From: Adineta vaga
Taxonomy: Eukaryota > Animalia > Rotifera
NCBI GenBank assembly: GCA_021613535.1
Contig: CP075493.1
Coordinates: forward strand, 8,742,001-8,806,000
Direction of reading: 5' to 3'
DNA: 64,000 nucleotides
The notes below the pieces were generated by a model. It saw only the letters and a list, made by a program, of their open reading frames with translations, was not told the origin of the DNA and did not search any database. A program made the translations under genes and the position numbers. This document shows, piece by piece, positions 1 to 14,778 of this stretch (the stretch's first letter is position 1; each line of letters starts with the position of its first letter).

Positions 1-1222
<1,222 letters not shown>

Positions 1223-2242
1223 TCTGGATAAAAAGAACATTCTTTGAAAACAATTTTATTTTAATGGTTGATCTTTTCGAGTACAAGAAGATGAACATGA
1301 TCTTTTCTTCTTATCTTTGTATATCACCGTTGTTTTTTTCTTTGATGGTCGATAAATATCGTGAGAGTGTTTATATACATATATGTTTATTTATTTGTGT
1401 CAGCAATTCATTATTTTAGCTGATACGTTTTTTTCTTGTATATCTTAATTATTTTCGATTTCGACGTATAAAATTCACGAGAGAAAAATATTAATGAATG
1501 ATCAGATTCGGAGAAGTTTTTTGGAATCTATAATAGTTTAAATTGAGAAAATCGATTTTTAGTACTCTTCTCAGAATCTAAAGATGAATACTAATTCAAA
1601 TCTCTAAGGAAAAGACGTTATGTTTGCTTCGATTGAAGATTTTTGATAGGAATTGTATTCTACATATTGTGAAAGTTTACTATATTCATCAGAGATCGAA
1701 TATGCAATTTTCCTTATTTTTCAAGTGATTACGTTATGTTAAAAGAATATACAGGAACGCGTAGATCCAGCATGCCGATGGAAAACTTTACATTTCCAGA
1801 TTGTACTGTCTTGCTTATACGGAAATGACAGTATAAAGTTAAATTTTCGAAAATATTCAACTACTTGATGTCAACTTCTTTTTCGCAATTATTAGAAGAA
1901 CAATAGAGCGTCTGTTGAAAAAAATTCTTTTCCGTCTTTTCACCAACTTCAAATCACAATTTGCAACTAAAAAATTTAATATGTTCATTTATTTCATAAA
2001 AAAACTGTCGTTACATTTGCTTTTAATCATAAAAGTACCCAATTTGAGTATCACAGGAATTTACTATTTCTCTAGCGAGCAAGCTAATTTCTAAATAGCT
2101 TTTTTTCTATGCACTATTCTTTTAATTAACAGTTAAAATATTATACTTTTTCTTCGAACTTCAGCTGCTATTACAATTTATTTTTGTCTTCAACTGTTTT
2201 CTATTTTATTGCATTTCAAAGATAGTTTAAGTTCGTCATATA

Positions 2243-3172
2243 ATGTCGAATGATAGTGATTATTATGATGAAATCATATCGAATACTGTTAAATTTTGGG
2301 TATATCTTGTTGTACTTATTCCTTCGATTATTTGTTCAATAATTTCTCTGTGTTATATTTTTCATACGAAAAGTCTTCGTACTGCTCTTCAAAATCATGT
2401 TATCGCTATTGTACTTGTCATCGGTTTAATCTACGAAGTGAGCATGTATCCATGGATGCTCTATTACTATAATCACGATGGTATATGGCATCGATCATCG
2501 ATCTTTTGCACAATTTGGGCATTTATCGATTGGGGTCTATACTTTACTCAAACGATACTTTTTGCATGGGCAACTATCGAAAGACATATTTTAATATTTC
2601 ATCACAAATGGTTATTAACAAAATGGAAACGATTTCTATTGCATTATCTTCCTCTCATATTTCTTCTCGTTTATTGTCTTATTTTCTATATTATTGTCTG
2701 TTTTTTCCCATCATGTGAGAATTATCTCGATAATTTGCATATGATCTGTATTCGATTTTGTTTTACTGATATTTATGTTTTATATATGTGGGATGCGATA
2801 GTTCATCAAACTTTGCCGAATTTAGTCATCCCTGTATTCAGCATTGGTTTACTTGTACGAATTTTGTATCAAAAATATCGCGTACGTCGATTAGTACATT
2901 GGAGAAAATATCGAAAGATGACACTTCAATTACTTTCAATTTCATTCTTATATCTTCTTTTTGCTTTTCCGTTAACACTGATGAATTTAATGTATTTATG
3001 TGGATTTCCTTCGGATATGGGTGTAGTATTCTATGAATATTTATTATTCTTTAATTATCTGATGATTCCAATGCTACCATTTGCATGTATTATATCTACA
3101 TCTGAACTGAAACAAAGACTGAAGAAAACATTCTTTCGACGACCACTAGGATCTGTTTCTCCTATTGTATGA
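2243..3172 (+). CDS. Intronless rhodopsin-like 7TM receptor, tandem copy 1
   Basis: 309-aa ORF with seven hydrophobic segments, an ERH variant of DRY, a TM3 Cys (IFCTIW) and FAFP in TM6. Confidence 0.85.
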   Translation: MSNDSDYYDEIISNTVKFWVYLVVLIPSIICSIISLCYIFHTKSLRTALQNHVIAIVLVIGLIYEVSMYPWMLYYYNHDGIWHRSSIFCTIWAFIDWGLYFTQTILFAWATIERHILIFHHKWLLTKWKRFLLHYLPLIFLLVYCLIFYIIVCFFPSCENYLDNLHMICIRFCFTDIYVLYMWDAIVHQTLPNLVIPVFSIGLLVRILYQKYRVRRLVHWRKYRKMTLQLLSISFLYLLFAFPLTLMNLMYLCGFPSDMGVVFYEYLLFFNYLMIPMLPFACIISTSELKQRLKKTFFRRPLGSVSPIV

Positions 3173-3566
3173 CTCAATATCTTGTCTGATTTAGTTTTGT
3201 ACAACAACAAAACTATACGTAGAACTGTTTGAAATATTTCTCGTTTTCTTTTCCATGAAGTTAAGTAGTGATTCGATTAATTTCCGCTAGATTTATGAAG
3301 AATAATAGAAAATGAATGATGTTGCATACAGACTATAAAAAAAGAAAGATTTACTATCGAGTGACACGATATTTGTTGCTTGTTTCCAATAAAAGAATGA
3401 TTTTTTTATGATAATCAATATCAATATATGTAAAATAAATATTTGTATGTTATCTGATAAGGAAATACTTCATATAGAATGAAATAAAACTTAACATCAG
3501 TCATTTCGAAAAAGGAATCATCTCTAAACAAAACGCACATGGAATGAACGATTCAATACAAGTTAC

Positions 3567-4544
3567 ATGAGTCAACAAATGACTATTAATAATACGACTT
3601 CAAACTCTACGAATGATGCATCTTCTGATTATGATGATTTAACATGGAAAGCAGCTAAATTTTGGATTTATCTTTGTTTTCTCATTCCATCGTTAACCTG
3701 CTCATTATTTGTTCTCTATTACCTTCTTTCAAATCGAACTTTACGTTATGCTCTTCATAATCACGCTATTATTATTTTTCTTCTCATTGGTCTTTTCTAT
3801 CAAGCGACGCTCTATCCATGGATGCTCTATTACTATAATCACGATGGTACATGGCATCGATCATCGATCTTTTGTACAATTTGGGCATTTATTGATTGGG
3901 GTTTATATTATACTCAAACCATACTTTTTGCATGGGCAACTGTCGAAAGACATATTTTAATATTTCATCATAGTTTATTATCGACAAAAATGAAACGTAT
4001 ATTCATACATTACATGCCACTTATCATGTTATTACTCTATTGTTTGATCTATTATATTGTGACAATATTTTTTCCACCTTGTAAAAATATTCTCGATAAT
4101 TCTCATATGATATGTGTTACACTTTGTTATTTCTTTCAATCTTTTATACTTTATACATATGATACTGTAGTTCATCAAGTAATACCAAATTTAGCCATTG
4201 TTATATTTAGTATTGCATTATTATTACGTGTTTATTGGCAAAAAAAACGCGTAGGAAAATCGTTACAATGGCGAAAACATTGGAAAATGACAGGTCAAAT
4301 GTTATTTGTTTCAATTATTTATCTTTTCTTTGCTTTACCAATAACTTTAATGAATTTATTGATTCTATGCGGATTATCTCGTAGTTTAAGTGCGTATCTT
4401 ATCGATTATTTACTCGTTTGTAATTACTGTATGATACTTCTCTGTCCTTTTGCATGCGCTTGGTCATTACCTCAACTTAAAGACAAAGTCAAGAATGTAT
4501 TTTCATTTCGACGACAAACAAGAACTATTGTACCCATTACATGA
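3567..4544 (+). CDS. Intronless rhodopsin-like 7TM receptor, tandem copy 2
   Basis: 325-aa ORF colinear with copy 1; N-terminal NxT/S sites; ERH motif. Confidence 0.85.
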   Translation: MSQQMTINNTTSNSTNDASSDYDDLTWKAAKFWIYLCFLIPSLTCSLFVLYYLLSNRTLRYALHNHAIIIFLLIGLFYQATLYPWMLYYYNHDGTWHRSSIFCTIWAFIDWGLYYTQTILFAWATVERHILIFHHSLLSTKMKRIFIHYMPLIMLLLYCLIYYIVTIFFPPCKNILDNSHMICVTLCYFFQSFILYTYDTVVHQVIPNLAIVIFSIALLLRVYWQKKRVGKSLQWRKHWKMTGQMLFVSIIYLFFALPITLMNLLILCGLSRSLSAYLIDYLLVCNYCMILLCPFACAWSLPQLKDKVKNVFSFRRQTRTIVPIT

Positions 4545-4629
4545 TATACAAGAAAGACAGGAATAAAAATTCGTTAGTCGTCTAGATTTTAACGATAAAC
4601 ATATGTATTCATAACAAAAACATGTATAA

Positions 4630-5467
4630 TTATACTTTTTCAGTTGTTATAGTCAATTTATCATAAAGATCAATTCGATAATTTGGCGTTTTTGTATGTA
4701 ACAATTGAATGAATTCCTCGTTTACATGTCGTTCCATAGTTACTTCTTGAAAGACTTCGGATGTTTGAATCTAAACATATGACTTGTTTTCATGAATAAG
4801 AATCGCAAACGAAATGAAAATATTCGTCTTACTGTTTGAAATTGCAGTTTTTTTGTAAATAAAGCGATACTCGGTAAATTTTTCAAACCAATTTTAACAA
4901 TGAAACGAGTAATATTTAGCATTTCAGTGGCTATAAAGAAGATTGTAAATAGTCTAGCGAAAAAAAACCAAATTTTAGAATTACCATAACGAAGAAATGT
5001 ATAAAGTGTTTCCATTCCATAACCTTTCTGTCGTGCTGTTTCATCGGCAATCATAATTTCAATTTCACCACAATGAATATCATCAGAATCATTTAAAAAT
5101 AAATTCACATCACCGATCATAGATTCTAGAATGAAACTCTTTCCTAAATCATAATCAAAACAATCATTATTACCGATTTCATTATGTGTTTGATCAAATC
5201 GTTCGTTTGATAGAATAATAAACGTACATTTATCTTGATCATTTAACCATGTTTGTTGCATTTCATATTCTTCTTCAATAGTTAATGGTAGTGATGCAGT
5301 TAATTCACGAACTTCTTCGTTTTCCATCCATTTGTGATATCTAATAGAACATGAAAAATATCATTCATGATTTAATATGTGACTTTTCACTTTTTCACAT
5401 GATGTTTTCCATAGGGAACAAGAAGAATTGTTCGACCATATAAGACAGTATTTGCATTAATATGCAT
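4630..5467 (-). CDS. NAT9: N-acetyltransferase 9-like GNAT protein (multi-exon)
   Basis: MHINANTVLYGRTILLVPYGKHHVKKYHKWMENEEVRELTASLPLTIEEEYEMQQTWLNDQDKCTFIIL, MIGDVNLF, GEIEIMIA, and last exon IQTSEVFQEVTM; ATG at 5467, TAA at 4630. Confidence 0.93.
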
Positions 5468-5684
5468 ATTTGATCTATAGTGACATCTATTTAAAAATTT
5501 GCGAACATCAATCTAAAATCAGTAAACAAAATAAGTAAACGTACGTATAGGAACGAACGAACGAACATCGTAATAAAAATAATACATATATAAATTATTG
5601 ATTAACATGATAGAATCAATGATTTTTTTTTATATGCAGGAATAAAATTTTCAAAAACACATTATCTCATTTATTTTTGTTGAC

Positions 5685-6784
5685 TTAATTTATCCGTAAG
5701 AAAGGTAATATAGAACCACAACGTGTAGAAATTTTCAATTGAGCTGCTTGATCTCCACGTGTTCGACCGATATTAACAATAGCAATAGGTAGTTGAAGTT
5801 TTTGTGAAGCAAGAATAAAACGATATGATGACATAACTTCTAATGAAGAACCTGCCACAAGAATAGAATCACTTTTCTTCAATTGTTCTTGAAGAAAATT
5901 GACTAAACGACGATCAACATTATCACCGAAGAAAGTGACATCGGGTTTTATTCGACCAGAACATTGGGGACATCGAGGTGGCTAAAACAAAACATGATTG
6001 AAAAAAAGCACATTTTTTCTTATATCAATTTACTTTAAAATCTCCTAATTGCTCTTCTGTTAGATAAACATCTGCATCTGGATTAATCGTATTTGAATGT
6101 GCTGTCCAAACAGGATTTTCTTTTGATATCATTTCTTGTAATTGTTCTCGTGTCATACCTTTATAACCACAATCAACACAAACGACACGAGCACTACAGC
6201 CATGTAATTCACTTAAGAGTTCACATCCAGCTTTCGTCAATAAACTATCAACATTCTGTGTTACATGCCAAAATACCTTGAGTAAAGAAAGAAAGAACTC
6301 ATTTTGATTGGTTGGTTTTTTTTCAATCGATTCAAAACTTACTTTACCCTGTGCTTCCCATTTTGCAAATGTTTTATGAGTTTTATTAGGTTCAAAAGCC
6401 GAAAATGTTGGCCAACCAATATAATTTCTTGCCCAATACATTCGATATCGTTTCGGATTTGTTAAAAATTCTTGATACATCCTAATTTCAATCAATCATA
6501 TACAAATTCCTAGAATTATACTCTTACATTGGACGATTTGTCGTTCGAGCATAGAGTCCTACACCTTCCGATCGATAATCAGGTATTCCGGATTCCGTTG
6601 ATATTCCAGCACCAGTAATGATAAATAAACGTTTTGAACATGAGAGAAATTCTTGAAGCTTTTCAATATCATCTCCTGATGGTTTTTGATATGGTGGAAC
6701 ATATTCTTCATTGATAGGACTTATCTGTGTTACAATTGATGAAAAAAATCGTTTGGAAAATGTTCGTTGAATGTGTTTCATCAT
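5685..6784 (-). CDS. SIRT4: Mitochondrial sirtuin 4 (class II sirtuin), multi-exon
   Basis: [51 protein letters not shown] with Cxx[39 protein letters not shown]; basic N-terminal leader. Confidence 0.95.
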
Positions 6785-6961
6785 CTTTAATTGCAATAAT
6801 CGAATAGAAAATCTATTCGTTCTTTTCATGTTGTCGTTGTTGTTGTTATTTTCCTATTAGTTATATCATCGTATGAGTCATCGAAAACAATGTGTTTGTG
6901 TTTTGTTTTTCTGTTATTTGGAAAAAAACGCTTGAATTTTTCTTCAGAATAGATTTTTTCA

Positions 6962-9900
6962 ATGGATACAACTAATGCAATAAATTTAACACCAGAACAA
7001 TTACAAGCAGGTTTAGTTAATGGTACACTTGATAAATTAGCTTTGGAAAATCTGCTTACTATTAATGTACATGAAAATGAAAATATTGATGCTTTAGTAC
7101 AATTTTTTCTACAATATATTCCCGGTAATCGAACAATGGATGAATTGATTCAACAAAGTAAACTTTCAAATAATCGAAATCATTTGTTTTTATCTTTCGT
7201 CTACTTAGTTCGAGAATATAATAATGCACAAATATGTGGTCTAGTTTGGAATGCGAATGTTATTGCATATCGATGTAAGACATGTTCAATTTCACCATGT
7301 ATGAGTATATGTGCTCAATGTTTTCAACATGGAAATCATGAAGGACATAATTATAATATGTTCAAAAGTCAAGCTGGTGGAGCATGTGATTGTGGTGATT
7401 CGAGTGTTATGCATGAATTTGGGTATGCATAAAAGAAAGATTGAATTAATTAAAAACTGAGATTTTTGTTATAGATTTTGTCGTTTTCATGGAGAAAGTC
7501 ATCCTCAAATGCAAACAGTACCCCGTGAATTGATTTGTTGTGCAGAATTACTTATTCCGTATTTATTAAAAGTTTTCATACGTGCTCTACGTATGAGTAC
7601 TGTTAGTGGTAAAGAACTACTCTAATCAAATTCATTTTTCTTCTTCAAACATATTTTAGGTGATATTATAACTGAACAAAAAATATTGGAAATATTAAAT
7701 CAATTATCCAATGGTGGTTCTGCTTTACAATTCTACATAACAAATGCATTAACTGATAGAACACTCTATAACGAGTTCATTAATGATCGTATGTAGAGAG
7801 AAAAAACATCATTCATTTCTTCTTTTATTTTTCTCGAATATTTAGCATTGATGATCACACTTTATCATAGTGAATTTCTAAATGGAGAACATTCAAATTT
7901 ACCGACGACATTTTTTGTCGACACATTAATGAATGATGATACATCAAATCATTTAATACCATTTGACATTAGTTTACATACAATGCTAGATGAAATTATG
8001 ATGTGGTGTGTTACAACACGTTTACCAGAAGATCTCGTTCGATGTCTACTTAGTTTATTACCTGATTTTAATTTTAAAGTAATATAAACAAATCTTTTCA
8101 TTCTTACACAACTCATGTATTCTTTTTCATTGCCAATCTATTTAGTTAGCATTCACAGAAACATTCTTACGTTTCTATGGTGTCATTGCTCAATTATTAA
8201 TCGACGAATCACATTTAGAAACAAGTGAAGTACCGTCACGTCTTGTACATATTAGTGTTCAATTATTTTCTTCCAATATTATTGCGGAATATGCAATGGA
8301 AAAGTGTCATCTTATTGAAGTTATTCTTTCCTGTATTTGGCGTATGTTTGTACCTTCAGTAGATCAAGACAAACAAGATGATGATGATGATGATGAAAGT
8401 ATACTTAAAATTCATCCATTAGCAAGTGCGTATTTCGAAAATCAAAGACACTTAATTATAGAATATTTCTTTTAGCTATGAATGAAGATACAACCACTGG
8501 TATGGTAGTTGATGTTGAACATCAATTAATTGTTAAAAATGTCTATTGGCCATTACTAAGTGACTTTGTCAATATCTTATCACAAGAGAAAATTGCTTTA
8601 GCTATACTTGAAAATAAAAAATATTTCAATCTGTGGTTACGTTTTCTCACCTTATTTCAAGGTACATTTCATTTTACAAAAGAAAACATTCTTATATTTC
8701 ATATTGAAATTATAGGTATGAATGTTAATGAACGCATTATAAACCATCATGTTGAATATGAACCACAAGGATATATGTATGCATTTACAATTGAACTTGA
8801 AATTTGTGCTGCAGCAATGTGGTGTTTTATAAATCATTTAAAACCAAATGTAAGTAAGTGAAATTAAAGATATTCTCTTAAGTAAATCTGTCGTATCTTT
8901 TAGTATTCATCGGAAAAGTTGATTGCTGTTATTAAACAAATTATTGAGAGTATTAATGATTGGATGCAATCATTAAATTTTCAAATTGATAATACAGATC
9001 ATTGGAAATTGACATTTCATTTACCATTACATCGTTATTTAGCTACATTTGCTTATAATGCAATTTATAAATATAATATTGATCCAGCTTTATTTTTACC
9101 GATTGATAATCAAAATATGTTGCTAAATTTAATGTTTTATCCATTGAGAACAATTGTAAGATATAGAAAGAGCAAAAATTAGAGAACATGTGTTGTTAGA
9201 TTAAAGATTTATTTGTGTTTAGACGGGTTATTTTGAAGTTTTATCCAATATGTGGCTACGAAATGGTCAACAAGTGATTATTCAAGCGAAAACCTATGCA
9301 AAATGTGCTTTTTCCTCATCGATGCATGATGCCGATTTCTTTCTTTTACAAGTATGTTAAGTACATTCATTTCATAATGTTTCCAACTCTTTTTTCTAAT
9401 AGTTAATTGCTTGTTATCTTGATTCGAATATATTCGTAGAGCATTTATTAAAGAAGTAATAGATCAGTGATTCTTTCGAACTGAAAAAGTATAGTTATTT
9501 ACTCTTCAATTAGATTTCATTCATGGTTATTCGATTCAACAGATTCATCGAATTTGGATCCAGGACATCAAATAGCCATGCTAGAAAGTACATTGATAAC
9601 ACTATGTGCACTAGTTGGATTTCAACCAAATATCGGTATATGAATGATTTAGTTCTTGAAAAAAATCACGTTTTTATCGAATGTATTTTTAGCGGCACGA
9701 GAAAGTCAACAGATTCGTACGGAAATCATAACAACATTAACTATTGCTGATCGACTATACAGTGAAGTAGAAGAAAATGTTCCTGATCCATCACCATTAA
9801 GTGCTAATCGTAAAGAAATTGAAGTTATTTTGAATGAAGTTTGTATTCATGACTTTTGTATACTTCTAATTTATGAATATTTTAAATTTTAGTTATCTGT

Positions 9901-12900
9901 CTTTCAAACACCATCAGTCGAATTGATGGGCCATTTACATCAAGGAAAATATACCATCAAAGGTGTATTGTTTGAAACTGATTATGATCCATTACATGTT
10001 ATAATGCGTTGTACAAAACGTGCAAATTTTCAAAATTCACTCGAACGTTTTACCAACTAGTAATGATCTGAAAAAGAAAACGTTCGAATATAAACTTTTT
10101 ATATATTTCTAGTGTTAAACATGAAGGTTTATTTAAATCAGAATATCCTATATGGCCACCATTCCGTATACCAAAATATTCTAATGTATATATGTCAAAA
10201 GTTCAACGCATTTTACAATCAAGTGTATTACATCATTTTCTGTTCTCGTGTTTAGACGCAGTACGATTTTTCTTCTTCTTTATCGTCACTATTCTCATTC
10301 ATTTATTTTAGTATTCAAGAGATAAGACTGTTACAGAAAATATTCTATATTTTACCATCTATCTTCTTGAATTATCATTACTGAACGTAAGATTCTTTTC
10401 TAATGAACTTTTATGATCAGTAGTTGGTCGTATTTTCATAGGCTGACAATACTTCATCGATGACAGTTGATATCGATTCAGTAAATTAAAAGGTTAATTC
10501 ATTGACTTCGAACTGATTATTATTTTTAGGAAGAAACTATGGCCTTTAAAACCAACAATATCTTCAAAAATATCTATACTCCATCTCCTATTCTGAACGG
10601 ATCTGAACATGAGAGTATTATAACACTTATTCTGAAAATCTTACATAAACAACGTTCGAATGATTTTATTGATCTTATCAATACTATTTCTCTTTGTTTA
10701 AAAAAAGTGGATTATAATAATTCATTACGAATTGGAGATGGAGCTTATTTTCTAACAAATATTTTATATCTTGCTGCAAAAATGAATGAACAATGTCGTA
10801 TTGTAATTGAGCAAGAAATTGAAAAATTGAAAACTCAACATCTACAACGACAACCGACTACGACGAAAACTTCGGATTTAACAGCAGAACAAAGGTAAAT
10901 CGTTACTGAATCTTTAATTTATTTCTCTTTCAAATCATTAGACGACAAAAAGCTAAGAATCGGCAACAGAAATTACTTGCAGAAATTGCTCAATCACAAA
11001 AGAAATTTATTAGTCAACAAAATCCTGATGATCAATCAATGCATCTTGGTACTCCACCATCATTAAGTAATGAATCATTTTCTATGGATCAAGCCATGGC
11101 TGCAACAACAACAACAACTTCCAATATACCAATTGCTTCAGAATATTCAGTTGATTATGAATGTTGTGTATGCCGCTTAACAAAAACGGATAGTCAATCG
11201 CCGATTGGTCTTATTGGAACAACATGTTTATCACTTTGTAGGAATAACATCAAAATAAAACTTTTATATTTATATATATATTCGTTCTGTCTATTATTTA
11301 AGTACCAAGTCTAGAATTTACCCACCTAGATGAATACGAACAAAAAATATTATCAATTCCTTCGAAGAAGATAACTCTTCAAACATATTTACACCTAACA
11401 AAAAAGTGTTTAACAGAAATTACTGGACATCCAGTAAGATCATTTGACTAAACGGTCTCTTCTTTATTATATATGTATATATATATTGACTACTCTAGTA
11501 CATTGCAAATCATTGTCAAAATGATCATCATCTTCGTTCCCTACGTATTCAATCATGTGGTCATTCGATGCATGCCGATTGTCTTACATCGTATTTGAAA
11601 GCATTACATCCAGTTAGTAGACTTCAAATTGAGAATATTCTTATTCTTCAATTATTTCTTCATAGAATCAAAGCACAATAGAAATAAGTTCGAATACAAG
11701 TCTTCCAGCAAATATCAATTTTCGTTGCCCACTTTGTCGTCAATCAGCGAATACATTAATTCCTCTATTTGACCATAGCGATTATTCGTTTGCACAAAAT
11801 TCTCAACAAAATTCACTACCTATTGAACGACTTCACCAATCGATGATCAATCCTGCCCGCCCTAAACTGGTCAGTAATGAAAATTTGGATCAATAGCAAT
11901 GATTTCATCATTATTTTTAGACGCGAGTGCCTGATGAAAAATGTTTGCTTGCGTTTTTATCTGGTCTTGCAACGAAATGTATATCAATCGAACGGTTATC
12001 TCCAAATCTTCCAATGGCATTACCCAATCATCAATCAATGAAACAACGAGCAGCTGAATTCGATTGTGGAACATTAAGGTAAATATGCATTATAAATGTT
12101 AAGATCAATGTTTTCGTTTCCACCTTAGAGCTCAAATTATTCATGAACAAATGTTTTACGAAAGTGCAAATAAAATTGATCAAAAAAATTTTCGGAAATC
12201 ATTTTATAGTAAGAATAATCTTATATACTATTGCATCATTCAATTTTTCATCTTATCAACAGAAATACTTCATGATCTTCATCATCTCGGTTATCCATTT
12301 CATCACCAACAGCTCTGGCAAGAAATCACTGGACTAGCATGTCCGACAACCTCGATCGAGTATGAAAAAACTGTAGAAGTCTAAAGTAAAACGTCCTTTT
12401 TCTCTCCTTCTAAAGTGTATTCGATATTCAACAAACATTGGCACCTGTACTTTTACGTGATTCGATTACAATATTATTTCAATTATTGATGAGTGCACCA
12501 ATTCATTTAACTTCTGGTAAGATTATTTGATTTTTGTTTTGGATCGTGTTATTTTCTTATTTTTATTGTAGATGAATTCGATGTGATTGTTCAGATTGTA
12601 TTCAATATTGAATTTTACAAAAAATTTCTCTCAATTCTTATTGCACAAACAGTGGAAAATAAAGAATATATCGTAAGAAAAAATTCTCATTTCAATAAGA
12701 ATGATAATGTCTGTATTTAGGATTTGGATGTCGATCTAGATTTGTTAGTGAAATTTGTACAGGATAGTGGAATTAAAGAGCCAATTACAAATCAAAGAAT
12801 AATGGAAGATTCTATCGTAAATCAGCTCATGAATAATTGTCTAGATTATTTAAAGATAAGTTCATTGATTAAATATCGATTGTATTCGAAAGAAATGCCT

Positions 12901-13785
12901 TGGATCGTAAGTTTTACATAAATTTATATCATCCTTGCTGAAACATTGTTTTGTAGACTGGCGAAGAACCTTCACCGTTAGGACTAGCAGGTTTTTTGAA
13001 CTTGAATTTAAATTTGAATGGATTAGCTATGCCACGATGGTTTTGTCCTAAACCAAGAGTGTTGTTATCAAAATGGTTAGAAGAATTTCAACTAGCCGCT
13101 CAGTATCATATGACGGCGACAAAGGTAATTCTTTATTATGGAAAAATAGTTTTTGAGTCAACTGATCATCATTTCTTTTAGATATTATGTGTGCAGCGTC
13201 CACAATTTCATCCTCCAACATTTATTAATATTCCATCGAAATATGACGACGTATTCCATCTCTACAATGAATATCGTTGTGAGCATTGTAATAAAATATC
13301 ATCGGATACATTAGTGTGTCTGATTTGTGGAGAAATATATTTAAAACGCTGGCATCCAGGATGTTGTACTCAACAACGAGAGAGATACAAACAAGTAATA
13401 GTTACATTGAAAATGGAAACCGTCATTGAATTCATTTCATGTTTAGCATTTGGAAAAATGTGGTCATCCTGCAGCTGTCATGCTTGATATTCAAACAACT
13501 TTGATTGCTGTCTGTCTACCGGAATCTTACGGTTATTGGCATTCACTTTATCTTGATCAACACGGAGAAGAAGATCCTAAACTTAAGTAAGATGGGTTTT
13601 TTTCAATTGGAAAGTTTCCTTTTATCAAAATTTTTTTCTTTAGACGAGGTAAAACGTTATATTTGGATTCGAAACGTCTTGCTCTTCTTCGAACATTATG
13701 GTTAACAGTAACGTTTGACTATCAAATTCAGAATTGGCTTTCGTACAATTCTTTATTAATCAGTCATTTTGATGGACTTCTGTGA
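6962..13785 (+). CDS. UBR3: UBR-box/RING E3 ubiquitin ligase UBR3 (many small exons)
   Basis: UBR box [30 protein letters not shown]...GGACDCGD; TFHLPLHRY; MWLRNG; RING parts [15 protein letters not shown] and FRCPLCRQ; C-terminal [20 protein letters not shown]; stop at 13783-13785. Confidence 0.93.
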
Positions 13786-14778
13786 TTTGACAAAATATAT
13801 ATGTGAGTGTGTATAGACGAACGAATATTTGAGTATTTCGGTCGATTATCAGTCGCTTTCTTTTTTCTTCGTTTGTTTATTATTTTCATATAGGCGAATC
13901 TGGAGGTTCTTTTTTTATGTATGTTTATTACGGAAAAAAAGATTTAAAAAAATAAATAAAATCGACATAAGCAAGCACGAAAGGTTTATTCTTTTGAATT
14001 CATATTGACCAAATAGAATCAATTAACTTACTCAAAGAAATATGATTGTAGAATTATGTCATCTTAAATCGATCGTATGAATGTTGACGGCAAAAAGCTC
14101 ATATGTTTTGATATTATTAAATATGCTTCTACGAGCGCAGATACTATGATAATGTATACTTAAGATTAAAACTAAAAAAAACTCTTGACAAGCTAGTATT
14201 CTAACACCTTACGGTATTAATTCATTTGTTTTTCAACATGGAAACAGATTTGATTTGATTTGATTGCTTCGTTTCTAATGAATAAACTGATCAATCAATA
14301 TAAATACTATCGATAGATTCTATAGTACTCTACGATACAACGATAGAAAATATGTATCCCGGTTATGTCTAACCGATGCAAAGAACACATGTTTTTTTCT
14401 CGATTGGTCATAGCTTCTTTACTCTTCTCTTCTCTTTTCTTCTCTTCTATAACAAGATATCAATCGAGAAAAGAAAAAGAACGAAAGAGAAAAAAGTGCA
14501 TGTTTCTCGCAGGAATCTGTTTATTCCGTATATTCTCTGATCTAAATCTATAGGTCGAAATACATATATAGGAAGCAAAAGGCAAAACTCAATGATTATC
14601 CGTTCTATATGGATGAAAAAAGTAGGCAACGAGTTGCAGTACTATCATCAATAGAGAAAAGAAAAGAAAAAAAGAAGAAGAACATGGAGAGAAAAATAGC
14701 AGCAATAGCAAACAGATATAGTAGTACATATCTAGGTGATATTCTGTCTATAACTATCTAACGCAAGCACGACCGATA

